Counted from the stretch's first letter, positions 1-9,341 are shown. The stretch is 64,000 bases of DNA from a virus (IMGVR_UViG_3300024054_000269:32001-96000); one strand, 5' to 3'. A program made the numbers and translations. The notes: generated by a model from the sequence alone, not told the origin.

Positions 1-2
1 AT

Positions 3-611
3 GGGTCTGATGTTACATACCATAGCGCAATTTTAGGCAAGATTCTTAGCGAACTTGGGTTTTCACCTGAACCTGCGAATGAAGCTATAGCCATAATTTA
101 TTCTGAGTGTGCAGCTGAGAACTTTTGTGGTCTTGGAATAAGCTACGGAAGCGGTATGACAAACGTTTGTTTAGCTTATAATGCTATGTCGGCTTTGGAA
201 TTTAGTTTAGGTCGTGGTGGTGACTTTATTGACAATGGAGCAGCAAAAGCTGTTGGGTCGACCAAAGCTAAAATGTGTGCTTTAAAAGAAAGTGGTATTG
301 ACATAACTTCACCAAAAACTCGTGAAGAGGAAGCAATAGCTCTTTATATACAAACTTTAATTGATTACACAATAGATAACATCATACAACAATTTGTGAA
401 AGTTAAAAGCGAACTCTTAGTTCCAAAACCAATCCCTATAATTGTGTCTGGTGGAACTTCTTTGGCAGGTGGATTTTTAGGTAAATTTAAGGAAAGATTT
501 GAGCAGAAGAAAGAAAAATTTCCAATACAAATTTCAGAAATACGCCCAGCTAACGACCCGATGACTGCTGTTGCAACTGGACTATTAGTTTTGTCGCAGA
601 TGGAGGATTAG
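3..611 (+). CDS. Actin-fold (MreB/ParM/MamK-like) ATPase, 5'-truncated by window edge
   Basis: Frame is open from nt 3 (GSDVTYHSAILGKILSELGFSPEPANEAIAIIYSE...). Connect-1 PANEAIA, phosphate-2 GISYGSGMTNV, adenosine motif IIVSGGTSLAGGF and connect-2 DPMTAVATGL are all in actin-superfamily order. Confidence 0.8.
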   Translation, partial: GSDVTYHSAILGKILSELGFSPEPANEAIAIIYSECAAENFCGLGISYGSGMTNVCLAYNAMSALEFSLGRGGDFIDNGAAKAVGSTKAKMCALKESGIDITSPKTREEEAIALYIQTLIDYTIDNIIQQFVKVKSELLVPKPIPIIVSGGTSLAGGFLGKFKERFEQKKEKFPIQISEIRPANDPMTAVATGLLVLSQMED

Positions 612-634
612 TCCTTTTGTATTGAATAATTTAT

Positions 635-892
635 ATGGCAAATTTTGGAATTAAGGGTATTAAGGTGTTAAAATCTGTTGAACCAGCTGCGCCCCAACAA
701 GTGGTGCCTGTTCCGGAACCAGTAGTACAGACTGTCCACGCACCAGTTGAAGAGTCAGTTAATTCATCAGATCAGGATGAAGCAGAAAGTTCTGAAGAAG
801 AAGAGGAAGAAGAAGAGGAAGAAACTAAGTCCGAAAAGCCAAAACGCGCAAGAGGTAAAGGCGGGAAATTCTTGCCAAAGAAGTCTAAATAA
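635..892 (+). CDS. Small hypothetical protein: Pro/Val-rich, poly-Glu tract, basic C-terminus
   Basis: 85-aa ORF filling the gap between neighbours; low-complexity and probably disordered. Confidence 0.65.
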   Translation: MANFGIKGIKVLKSVEPAAPQQVVPVPEPVVQTVHAPVEESVNSSDQDEAESSEEEEEEEEEETKSEKPKRARGKGGKFLPKKSK

Positions 893-904
893 TAAAGGCG
901 TATT

Positions 905-2116
905 TTGTCTTATACTTGGTTAACAAGTGCTACTAAGAAGCGAGTAATCCGAGAATTACGAAAAATATTAGAAAAGCACCCGCGCTATAGATCATCAGCA
1001 CAAAACGTACAGGATAAATATTCATTTGATGAACGTCCGCAACGTGGGATAATTATAAATTCGACATCTGCAGACAGAGTTAGATTATCAGCAGACAATT
1101 ATATTGGAAGGATGATATCATTTGTTCAACTTGCAAAGGTTGGAGATGCTCCTAGTACAACTATTGAATGGGTCCGTGAAAATCAAGGCCATTTAGAAGA
1201 AATTTCACCTAAACGTAATATTTTCCCAACTCAATCAGGTGTTTACGTCGTTGAAGTCCTCAAAATACCAGACGAACCTGGCAACGTTCCTGGTCAGTTT
1301 ACTATTGATCCAATATTGACTATTATAAACGAACCATTAATAACTTTTAGTACTTCAGATGATAATGATGCACAATTATCAAATGTTAACATTTATCCAG
1401 GTTCAGTTCGTCTTTGGTTAGATCAGAAACGAATGTTAGTCGAGAATGTTGACTACATAGTTGATGTTGAAACAGGTTTAATACAATTTTTAAAAGAAAC
1501 GCCAACTGGCGGAATTATATTTGCTGATTACAGATACATAACGCCAAAACTTGGGCCATTCAATTTTAGATTTGAAGAGTTTAATGTGACGGCTTTACCA
1601 GGCGTTGTCATAGCTTTTGGTGATAGAGCTGAAAAATGTGATAAACAAGCAATAGTTATAACCGACGAAAGGACTGAGACTGCTGAAATTTATGGTGGAA
1701 AGTTTGAGGTTGCGCTCGAACTTTTAGTGTTTACAAGAGATTCAGAAGATCGTAACAAAATGGCAGATTTTGTTATTACTGAATTTCTAAACATTCAAAA
1801 TATGCTTGGATTCGAAGGTATTGAATTAATTGATATTTCGCCTGGCGGAGAAGTGGAAGAAATATACAATGAAACTGATGACTCATATTATTATGATACT
1901 CCAATATCACTCTCTTTAAGAGTTGATTGGGAAACCCATGTTCCATTGCCAATAAATATTGATAGAATTGAAATGACATCAAAGGCTATTGAAGATGAAA
2001 GAGGATATCTTGACGGGTCAGCAATAATTGATTTGATTAGAGTTGGGAGTATGTCCCAAATTATCGGACATTATACCTCAATCGGAAAAGGGATTTCTTA
2101 CGAAAGAATATTGTAG
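905..2116 (+). CDS. Putative neck / tail-completion (terminator-like) virion protein
   Basis: 403 aa, TTG start, upstream of the sheath. Contains a beta-sandwich module (LVENVDYIVDVETGLIQF...ADYRY) and a C-terminal terminator-like region (FEVALELLVFTRDSEDRNKMAD...ISLSLRVDW). Function inferred from synteny. Confidence 0.5.
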   Translation: MSYTWLTSATKKRVIRELRKILEKHPRYRSSAQNVQDKYSFDERPQRGIIINSTSADRVRLSADNYIGRMISFVQLAKVGDAPSTTIEWVRENQGHLEEISPKRNIFPTQSGVYVVEVLKIPDEPGNVPGQFTIDPILTIINEPLITFSTSDDNDAQLSNVNIYPGSVRLWLDQKRMLVENVDYIVDVETGLIQFLKETPTGGIIFADYRYITPKLGPFNFRFEEFNVTALPGVVIAFGDRAEKCDKQAIVITDERTETAEIYGGKFEVALELLVFTRDSEDRNKMADFVITEFLNIQNMLGFEGIELIDISPGGEVEEIYNETDDSYYYDTPISLSLRVDWETHVPLPINIDRIEMTSKAIEDERGYLDGSAIIDLIRVGSMSQIIGHYTSIGKGISYERIL

Positions 2117-2228
2117 CATTTTGTAACCTGTAACATCAAATCAAACGGTTCCTAATTCAACAAGACAAAATCAACAGGTACACAGATTAGTGACTTTGTT
2201 CAATTGTTTTAAGCTGTATAGTCCTTAT

Positions 2229-2233
2229 AGGAG
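2229..2233 (+). promoter_or_regulatory. Shine-Dalgarno AGGAG, 8 nt upstream of ACG at 2242
   Basis: TATAGGAGTTTACAAAACGCCT; canonical SD spacing to the ACG. Confidence 0.6.
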
Positions 2234-2241
2234 TTTACAAA

Positions 2242-2643
2242 ACGCCTTCATACGAATATGAATGTGGTGGTTGTGGGTACACTTTCGAAGAATTGCATTT
2301 AACTATATCTGACGCAAAGAAGTATGAAAAAGAATTTAACTGTCCAGAGTGTGGTGATTTAGCTATTAGAATAATGTCTGCAACAAATTTTACTTTTAAA
2401 ACTGGGAAAACCCCAGGGAACTCTGGTGTGTATGGCATTGATTATAATGCTGATATAGCTGTTGGCAGATCAGCAGCTAAAAAATGGGAAAAAGTAAACC
2501 AAGAAAAAAATGAAAAAGATAAGGCTAGGAAAGAATTTGGCACAAATGCACTCAGAAAAACTGAAAATGGTTATGCTCCATTAACAAAAGAACAATCAGT
2601 ATTAAGAGATAAAGCATTTACTATGTTGAAAAAACCGAAATAA
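2242..2643 (+). CDS. FmdB-family zinc-ribbon protein, probable ACG start
   Basis: ACG-CCT-TCA-TAC-GAA-TAT-GAA-TGT reads (M)PSYEYECGGCGYTFE...CPECG, the typical FmdB N-terminus. In frame with the track ORF at 2293; in-frame TGA at 2191 and no ATG/GTG/TTG between it and 2242. Confidence 0.75.
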   Translation, partial: TPSYEYECGGCGYTFEELHLTISDAKKYEKEFNCPECGDLAIRIMSATNFTFKTGKTPGNSGVYGIDYNADIAVGRSAAKKWEKVNQEKNEKDKARKEFGTNALRKTENGYAPLTKEQSVLRDKAFTMLKKPK

Positions 2644-2683
2644 TTTCATTTATAATTTTACTTTTATTGATCCGTATAGTTTA

Positions 2684-4237
2684 GTGATGCTTACGCCAGT
2701 ACCTGGTCAAAACCTGCCATCAAGAGGTTCCAACAAGTTAATTTATTTTGATTGTTCATGTGGCAGGAAAAACAATGCAATAAAATGGAAATATTACACG
2801 CTTGGTCACACAAAAACATGCGGAAAATGTGGTCTAAAACCAGTTAGTTTTTGGGAAAATTCAAAATTTGGAAAGCTTAAATTAAAAGAACCGATTGAAA
2901 CTTATGAATTCTCAAATAAGAAAGCTGATTGGGTTTGTGATTGTGGCAATACAACTAGAGTTCAAATAAATTTAGTAACAACTGGAAACACAAACTCTTG
3001 TGGTAAATGCAATGTTCATGTTGCTTCTTATTGGGAAAATTCAAAATTTGGGAAATTAAAGTTAAAAACGCCAATTAATATTCACAAATTTTCTGGCCAA
3101 AAAGCTGATTGGGTTTGTGATTGTGGTAGAGAAGCAAATATTATAATCCACAATGTAACAAGAGGCCTTCAAAAAACATGTGGTAAATGCAATTTGTTAA
3201 GTGCTGAAGATTTAGCAAACAAAAAATTTGGAAAATTGAAAATAAAAACTCCGACAGTTATTGATCTTATTTTAAACACAGAAAAACCAATTCGTACGTT
3301 GTGTCTTTCGTGTGGAAATGAATATAAACCTGTACTAAACAATGTAAGACTTGGCAGATCTTTAACTTGTGGGTGTTCATCAAAAATTTCATCTTCACAA
3401 ATTGACATAGCAAATTTTATCAAATCGTTTGGTGTTGGCGTTGTTTCTGAATATAAGATTGACGGATTAAAATATGACATTTTTGTTCCAGATGTTAATC
3501 TATTGATTGAATATAATGGTCTAAAATGTCATTCGATGCCAGAGTCAAAAAAGAGAGACATATTTAAATATCAAAATGCACTAAATAATGATTTCGATTA
3601 TATCATGATTTTTGGGGATGAATGGCTGAGAAATAAACAGAAAGTTAAAAATTACTTAATTAACAGACTTTGTTTGGGCAGACCAAAGTCTGTTAGACCA
3701 TCTAAATGTTCAATAAACAATATAAACTCAGATTTGGTTAACGAATTTTATGAAAAATTCCATTATATAGGTGCTGTTAAAGCCAAAATAAATTATGGTG
3801 TGTTTTTTGATGGCAGACTTATTGCGTGTGTTTCTTTTAAACGACCAACTAGGCAATCAAAATACGACTATGAATTGATTCGAATGGCTTCTGACCCAGA
3901 ATTTAGGATTCATGGTATTTGGTCAAAAATCATAAAACAATTTTTATCTAATAATGAGTGTTCTTCAATTGTTTCTTTCTCAGACAATCGACTTTTCTCA
4001 GGGAAAGTTTATGAAAAAATTGGTTTCAAATTTGATGGTGAAATTCGACCTGATTATTATTGGGTAAAAGGTAACAGACGATTTCACAAGTCAGGTCTTA
4101 GGAAAAAAGATTATGAAAAGACATCAGGGTTTACTGAGTACCAGCTCCGTGAATCACAGGGGTATTCTAGAATTTGGGATTTAGGAAAGAAGCGTTGGGT
4201 TTTTGACTGTAATCAAGCCTTTAATTCAACAATTTAA
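2684..4237 (+). CDS. Hef-like free-standing endonuclease: Zn-ribbon repeats + PD-(D/E)XK (Vsr/DUF559-like) + Mom-like GNAT domain (copy 1)
   Basis: Repeated WVCDCG...SCGKC; nuclease motif YDIFVPDVNLLIEYNGLKCH...RD..K; C-terminal FYEKFHYIG...YELIRMAS...IVSFSDNRLFSGKVYEKIGF. Confidence 0.75.
   Translation: MMLTPVPGQNLPSRGSNKLIYFDCSCGRKNNAIKWKYYTLGHTKTCGKCGLKPVSFWENSKFGKLKLKEPIETYEFSNKKADWVCDCGNTTRVQINLVTTGNTNSCGKCNVHVASYWENSKFGKLKLKTPINIHKFSGQKADWVCDCGREANIIIHNVTRGLQKTCGKCNLLSAEDLANKKFGKLKIKTPTVIDLILNTEKPIRTLCLSCGNEYKPVLNNVRLGRSLTCGCSSKISSSQIDIANFIKSFGVGVVSEYKIDGLKYDIFVPDVNLLIEYNGLKCHSMPESKKRDIFKYQNALNNDFDYIMIFGDEWLRNKQKVKNYLINRLCLGRPKSVRPSKCSINNINSDLVNEFYEKFHYIGAVKAKINYGVFFDGRLIACVSFKRPTRQSKYDYELIRMASDPEFRIHGIWSKIIKQFLSNNECSSIVSFSDNRLFSGKVYEKIGFKFDGEIRPDYYWVKGNRRFHKSGLRKKDYEKTSGFTEYQLRESQGYSRIWDLGKKRWVFDCNQAFNSTI
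2851..3200 (+). repeat. Intragenic tandem repeat, 180-bp (60-aa) Zn-ribbon unit
   Basis: TTGGGAAAATTCAAAATTTGG at 2851 and 3031; GGGTTTGTGATTGTGG at 2931 and 3111. Confidence 0.85.
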
Positions 4238-4238
4238 A

Positions 4239-4255
4239 TTGAGGTCCAACCTCAA
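4239..4255. terminator. Short hairpin TTGAGG-TCCAA-CCTCAA just after the endonuclease stop
   Basis: 6-bp perfect stem with 5-nt loop; no + strand U-tract, so a terminator role is uncertain. Confidence 0.3.
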
Positions 4256-4331
4256 AAACATATACATAAACTAGTAATTTTCAATAAACACATACGTAGA
4301 CACAAATGGCTTCTGTGAAAGAGGTTAGACC

Positions 4332-7300
4332 ATGGCGATTGGACCGTTTACCACGTATGCCCCACCAGGTGTATATACCAGAACTTTAACTGAACCTTCT
4401 TCAGCCCAACTTCTTGGCGGTCTCAGAGTTCCTACCCTAATTGGAACTGCCCAAGAGTCTTTATCTCAAGATAACGTTGAGATAATTCGAGGTTCAAGCA
4501 GCGTTGCTGACACCGCCATCTTCAATGAAGATGTGTCTGGGCGTTGGGTGACAGGCGGTACTAATGTCAACCCAACTCTTGGAAATCAAGATGGGTCTTT
4601 AGCAAAGTTTCGTGTTAGAAACTATCCGATTGTTGATGGAAATGGTACTGGAACAGCTACTTTTGAAGCCAGCAAAGTATCTGTAACAGTCAATAACCAA
4701 CCGGTTACTGTTTCATCTGTTGACGGTCAGAACGGGATAGTAACACTTTTACTACCAACCGAGATAACTGATGTTGTTTTGGTTTCGTATTATTTCAAAC
4801 GTACAGACACACGTATCACTGATGATCTGAGTGACCAAGTTACTGATGGTCTTGCCATCTTAATTGCTACTAAGGCACAAACTTATGAAGTAATATCAGG
4901 AACGAGTGATACCTTAGAAGTATTTGTAAATGATAGCGCTTCGGCTTCTATCATAACATTTGTTGCTGGGGCTACTAAAACCGCAGCTGAAGTTGCTAAC
5001 GAAGTCAACTCAGCTGCAATTTCTGGTTTGTCAGCGTCAATACATATTGATAACCAGGGATTTAGCCATGTTCAACTTGTTGCTACAGGAAATGTTCGTA
5101 TAGGTTCTGGTAATGCCAACGGTGCCCTTGGCTATAACGCCGGTGATTACACAAACCGCAATAAAGATTTTCGTGTTTTCAACGGCCCAATTGTTGACGG
5201 CTCAAACGGTGGTATAACAACTACAGATCCGTCAAAGGTAATAGCCAAAGTTGATGGTGTAACTGTGTCTGTTAGCGTTGTTGATGGTGCTAACAGCTTA
5301 GTTACATTAGCAGCTGCTCCTGCTAGCGGTACAACGGTTGAAATAACATACTATTTCAACACATATCAAGACACCTTTGATTATTTGCCAAACAATAATA
5401 TACTTGAGGTTGGGAATGTTGGTATAGCACCAGGAAGACGTGATTATTTAAATGGTCCGGATTTTATTGTTATAAATCAAGGTGATCAGTCTGTAATCCA
5501 ATGGGGAACGGCTTTTCAAGTCAATTCTGGTGTTACAACCGGAGGTTCAACGTTTGACAGCACACAGGTTCTTGGTTTGTTGGTAGACAACAGAATTTAT
5601 GCTACTGAATGTACAAGATATACTGATCCAACGACAAATCAGGTATCAACCACTGAATGGGTTCTTCCACTAAAGCCGACGACCGGTAACGGACGCGATA
5701 CGCCGCTCGGTCTAAGTCTATATCAGACTGTTTCGAATGGTCGTATAGACCTTCCAACTAATAGACCTGACCTCGTCATTGCGTATGTTGGTAAAAACAT
5801 TCGTGATGCCTTGGCTAAGGCACCTGTTACGGTTCTGTCTGTTGATTCGTCAAATAACAGAATCAAACTTAAGGAACCTGTTCCGGCCGACTATGTTGTG
5901 TTTGCCACATTCTGGTACAACACAATCCAGGATGATAATTACACTCTGAAAGTTGTTATTCCGGGACCGTCTGGCACGGGCGTGTACACTGTTGAATCAG
6001 AAATTCAACAGGCTGCTCTGTTTAATATCAGATTCGGAACTAAGTCTGCTTTGCCACAGACTGTTCAATTCCCAAGTGGGTCGCAGAGCAATCCAGATGC
6101 AATCCATTATGGTGGCAACCCGGTTGCAGAAACAGTTACCGTAACGTTCTCAACTGAAACCGCCACTCATGCTGATTTCACAAATGCTCTGGCAGAGCCA
6201 TATGACATTTACGCTGCGTTTAGTGCGTTTGCTGACGTGGTGATTGATGGTGTATCAGTTAACGCAGGCGCTGGCGTTGATATGGCGACGGCTTTCCCAG
6301 CAACACTGGTTAGCCAGCCGGTTTCTTCCCCAACGTTGTTAGCATTTGATTCAACTGATCGTTTGGCCTTTGAGATAGATGGCTACACGTATGGATCAGT
6401 TGACATCAGCGCTCTCACAACGTTGGCCACAGTTGCTACGGCTATCAACCAGCGAACGGTGATTGATTTAGCTAACGATTTGAAAGCACTTTATAACGCC
6501 CACTTGACTCAAACCGGCATTCATTTGGTGAACGACACGACGAACCCGGCGACGTCACCTGATGCAACAACATTAGCCACTGCCATAACGCTGATCAACG
6601 AAATTAGAACTGATTATAACGCCCACCGTACACAGGCTGGCGTCCATGTAAACGATGATACGGTAAACGTTGTAACTTCAGCGGCTGCTGTCACGTTAGC
6701 TGATGCTATCACACTGTCGAATGAAATCAAATTAGACTTCAATGCTCATTTGAGTGAGTTCAGTGTTGCAACCACTGGAAACGTTCATATAATTGATGAT
6801 ACGACCAATTTGGTTGATACACCGGATTCTGGATTGGTTGCGTCAACTATAACCTACGGAACAGAAGCTCTGTTGAAAGTTGAGAGTCTAACAACTCCAG
6901 CAACTTTCCAAGATCTGTCAAAGGTTGTTGTTCGAGTCCCGGTTGGATCGGGTGAAACTGATGCATCCGATAAGGTTGGGTTTGAACCAAACCTGACTGC
7001 CTATGGTTACATAAACTCGTTGAATAAACCGGCGGTTTCTGTTAGTGGAAATTCCGGGTCATTCAATATCACATCGGCTGTAAATGACACGTTCAAGTTC
7101 AATTTGGACGGAACTGATTACACTGTGGTGCTTCCACAGAGCACGGTAACAACTGTTGACGCATTGGTCGCACATATCAATGCTGGAGTTGCAAGTGCTG
7201 CAGATATAGCAACCGCAACGGCTGCATTGGTAACGCTGGCTGGCGAACTCGATACGGACTACGCTGCCCACAGAGCGTCTGCAGTGTTCCATACTGCCGC

Positions 7301-9329
7301 TGACGTTGTTAACACAACTGCAACTGTTCCAGTTTCACTTGCAACGTCAATTACGTTCCTGAATGAGCTGAAGACAGCATTTAACGCGCACCGTGTTTAT
7401 GCTGTTTCGCACCCAGTTTTGGACACTTTGGATGTTGTTACTTCGCCAAGTGCCACGGACCTGCCAAGCGCTATTGTCTTGGCCAATGAGTTGAAGGCCA
7501 GATATAATTATCACCTTCAAGTCGAAATGTCTGGCGGCAACGTACACGTTGCTGACGACTTGGTTAACGATGTAACTTCGGCTTCTGTTGTTTTTGCCAC
7601 ACCGGTTGCATACGTCGGAACGAGCCAATACTCTGGCAAGCTTGCCTTGAGATCGTTGATAAACACAGTTGATTCTCTCATAACTGTGTCATCCGGAAAT
7701 GCAAACTCAACGCTCGGATTTACGAATAACTCAAGTTCGTTCAGAACGCAGGCCGACGCTGGCTCAATAGCGTCGGCTTTGAACGCCGACGCTGGATTTG
7801 CAGCTTCAGCTGTTGCGTATAGAATTGTTCAAACTGGTTTGGGCGGATTCTTGAATATCAGGAGTCTGACGGCCGGCTCTACTTCGACGATTGCATTCGG
7901 AACTGCTACTGGTACGATATTCTTTGATGACACTGGAATTGGTATTGAAATTGGTGTAAGCGGAGACACTGGAGAAGCTGCTCAAAGCGGTTACACTGTA
8001 ACATCGTCTGACGCTGTTAATGGTTCATCAGGTGAAGGTCTTCCGGGTCAGACCTATACCGACGCCAGAACCGGTCTCAGGTTCACTGTTTTGCCGGCTT
8101 CAGCAGGTGATTACGCATCAGGTGGTTCATTTACCTTCAATATAACGTCGACATTCACAACTAACGGTTCCATACCGACCCGAGCCATACCTGGGTTGGA
8201 AATGACCGTTTTGAATACGAACGGCATGGGAGTTGATACAACTGCTATCCTGAGCACGTATGCGCGCGGTGGGGCTGAGCCGGCTATCGGTGACGTTTAT
8301 GACGTCTCGTACAAGTATGCCAAGACGGACTTGTCAACGGCTTTGTTCCGAGATCTGAAGAAGATTCAGACAAATTTCGGTCCTCCTACGCCAGAGTTCC
8401 CGTTAAGCTTGGCCGCCCGTTTGGCCTTGTTAAATGGTTCTGTGTTGGTTGGTCTAAAGCAAGTCCTTAGGATCCCAGGACAAGGTCAGGCTTCGGCAAC
8501 GTCATACGCTGCTGCAATTGATGAACAGAAAAAGCCGATGCCTGGAAACGTAAAACCTGACGTCATAGTTCCATTGACTAGCGACACAACGGTTTTTGCG
8601 TATTTGAATCAACATTGCATCTTCATGGGTTCGCCTCGTCAAGAAGGCGAACGCATAGGAGTTGTTGGTACTGCCGTCGGTACAACACCACTTGGTGTTC
8701 AGTCGATTGCCAGGGGCTTGGCTTCCGAACTTATGGTGGTTATGTACCCAGATTCATATGTGATAACGGTCACAGATTCTCAAGGCAATCAAGTTGATCA
8801 GGTCATTGATGGTTCCTACGCAGCTGCTGCAATGGCTGGTAGCGCAACATCACCAGCACTTGATGTTGCTACCCCATGGACTCGAAGAGTTCTGCTTGGG
8901 TTTAAGCGTCTCGGAAGGATTCTTGATCCAACTGAAGCAAATCAGACAGCAGTTTCCGGCGTGACAGTTATTGAGCAGGTTGACGCTGGTCTCAGGATTC
9001 GCCAAGGTTTGACAACGAATCTAGCAACTGTGATAACCCGTACGCCAAGCGTTATCACGACAATCCATTACGTTCAGCAGACAATGCGAGCAGTTTTGGA
9101 TCCATACATTGGTCAGAAATTCACTGGAGCCATCATTAAGTCTGTCGAAGATAAGATGCGTGGTGGCTTCCAGAACATGATAGACGGTGAGATCGTAGCC
9201 AAGGTGGCTGAGATTAACGCACAATCTGATGAGGTAGACCCAACAATTCTAAGAAGTGAAGCTGTATACGTACCGGTCTTTCCGCTCGAGTATATTGTGA
9301 CTACTCTCAGTATAAGAGTACGCATTTGA
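4332..9329 (+). CDS. Contractile tail sheath protein, unusually large (1665 aa)
   Basis: N-terminal YAPPGVYTRT; C-terminal sheath core (SYAAAAMAG...PWTRRVLLGF...EANQTAVSGVTVIE...LRIRQGLTT...YIGQKF...YVPVFPLEYI); SD-like GAGGT upstream. Confidence 0.9.
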   Translation: MAIGPFTTYAPPGVYTRTLTEPSSAQLLGGLRVPTLIGTAQESLSQDNVEIIRGSSSVADTAIFNEDVSGRWVTGGTNVNPTLGNQDGSLAKFRVRNYPIVDGNGTGTATFEASKVSVTVNNQPVTVSSVDGQNGIVTLLLPTEITDVVLVSYYFKRTDTRITDDLSDQVTDGLAILIATKAQTYEVISGTSDTLEVFVNDSASASIITFVAGATKTAAEVANEVNSAAISGLSASIHIDNQGFSHVQLVATGNVRIGSGNANGALGYNAGDYTNRNKDFRVFNGPIVDGSNGGITTTDPSKVIAKVDGVTVSVSVVDGANSLVTLAAAPASGTTVEITYYFNTYQDTFDYLPNNNILEVGNVGIAPGRRDYLNGPDFIVINQGDQSVIQWGTAFQVNSGVTTGGSTFDSTQVLGLLVDNRIYATECTRYTDPTTNQVSTTEWVLPLKPTTGNGRDTPLGLSLYQTVSNGRIDLPTNRPDLVIAYVGKNIRDALAKAPVTVLSVDSSNNRIKLKEPVPADYVVFATFWYNTIQDDNYTLKVVIPGPSGTGVYTVESEIQQAALFNIRFGTKSALPQTVQFPSGSQSNPDAIHYGGNPVAETVTVTFSTETATHADFTNALAEPYDIYAAFSAFADVVIDGVSVNAGAGVDMATAFPATLVSQPVSSPTLLAFDSTDRLAFEIDGYTYGSVDISALTTLATVATAINQRTVIDLANDLKALYNAHLTQTGIHLVNDTTNPATSPDATTLATAITLINEIRTDYNAHRTQAGVHVNDDTVNVVTSAAAVTLADAITLSNEIKLDFNAHLSEFSVATTGNVHIIDDTTNLVDTPDSGLVASTITYGTEALLKVESLTTPATFQDLSKVVVRVPVGSGETDASDKVGFEPNLTAYGYINSLNKPAVSVSGNSGSFNITSAVNDTFKFNLDGTDYTVVLPQSTVTTVDALVAHINAGVASAADIATATAALVTLAGELDTDYAAHRASAVFHTAADVVNTTATVPVSLATSITFLNELKTAFNAHRVYAVSHPVLDTLDVVTSPSATDLPSAIVLANELKARYNYHLQVEMSGGNVHVADDLVNDVTSASVVFATPVAYVGTSQYSGKLALRSLINTVDSLITVSSGNANSTLGFTNNSSSFRTQADAGSIASALNADAGFAASAVAYRIVQTGLGGFLNIRSLTAGSTSTIAFGTATGTIFFDDTGIGIEIGVSGDTGEAAQSGYTVTSSDAVNGSSGEGLPGQTYTDARTGLRFTVLPASAGDYASGGSFTFNITSTFTTNGSIPTRAIPGLEMTVLNTNGMGVDTTAILSTYARGGAEPAIGDVYDVSYKYAKTDLSTALFRDLKKIQTNFGPPTPEFPLSLAARLALLNGSVLVGLKQVLRIPGQGQASATSYAAAIDEQKKPMPGNVKPDVIVPLTSDTTVFAYLNQHCIFMGSPRQEGERIGVVGTAVGTTPLGVQSIARGLASELMVVMYPDSYVITVTDSQGNQVDQVIDGSYAAAAMAGSATSPALDVATPWTRRVLLGFKRLGRILDPTEANQTAVSGVTVIEQVDAGLRIRQGLTTNLATVITRTPSVITTIHYVQQTMRAVLDPYIGQKFTGAIIKSVEDKMRGGFQNMIDGEIVAKVAEINAQSDEVDPTILRSEAVYVPVFPLEYIVTTLSIRVRI
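6459..6821 (+). repeat. His-pair repeat triad 1 in sheath
   Basis: LANDLKALYNAHLTQTGIH / LINEIRTDYNAHRTQAGVH / LSNEIKLDFNAH...NVH. Confidence 0.9.
7215..7586 (+). repeat. His-pair repeat triad 2 in sheath
   Basis: LAGELDTDYAAHRASAVFH / LNELKTAFNAHRVYAVSH / LANELKARYNYH...NVH. Confidence 0.9.
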
Positions 9330-9341
9330 CGCATTGCGTCA
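9327..9341. promoter_or_regulatory. Dyad TGACGCA-T-TGCGTCA overlapping the sheath stop codon
   Basis: Perfect 7-bp inverted repeat with 1-nt spacer; operator-like geometry; function unknown. Confidence 0.35.
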
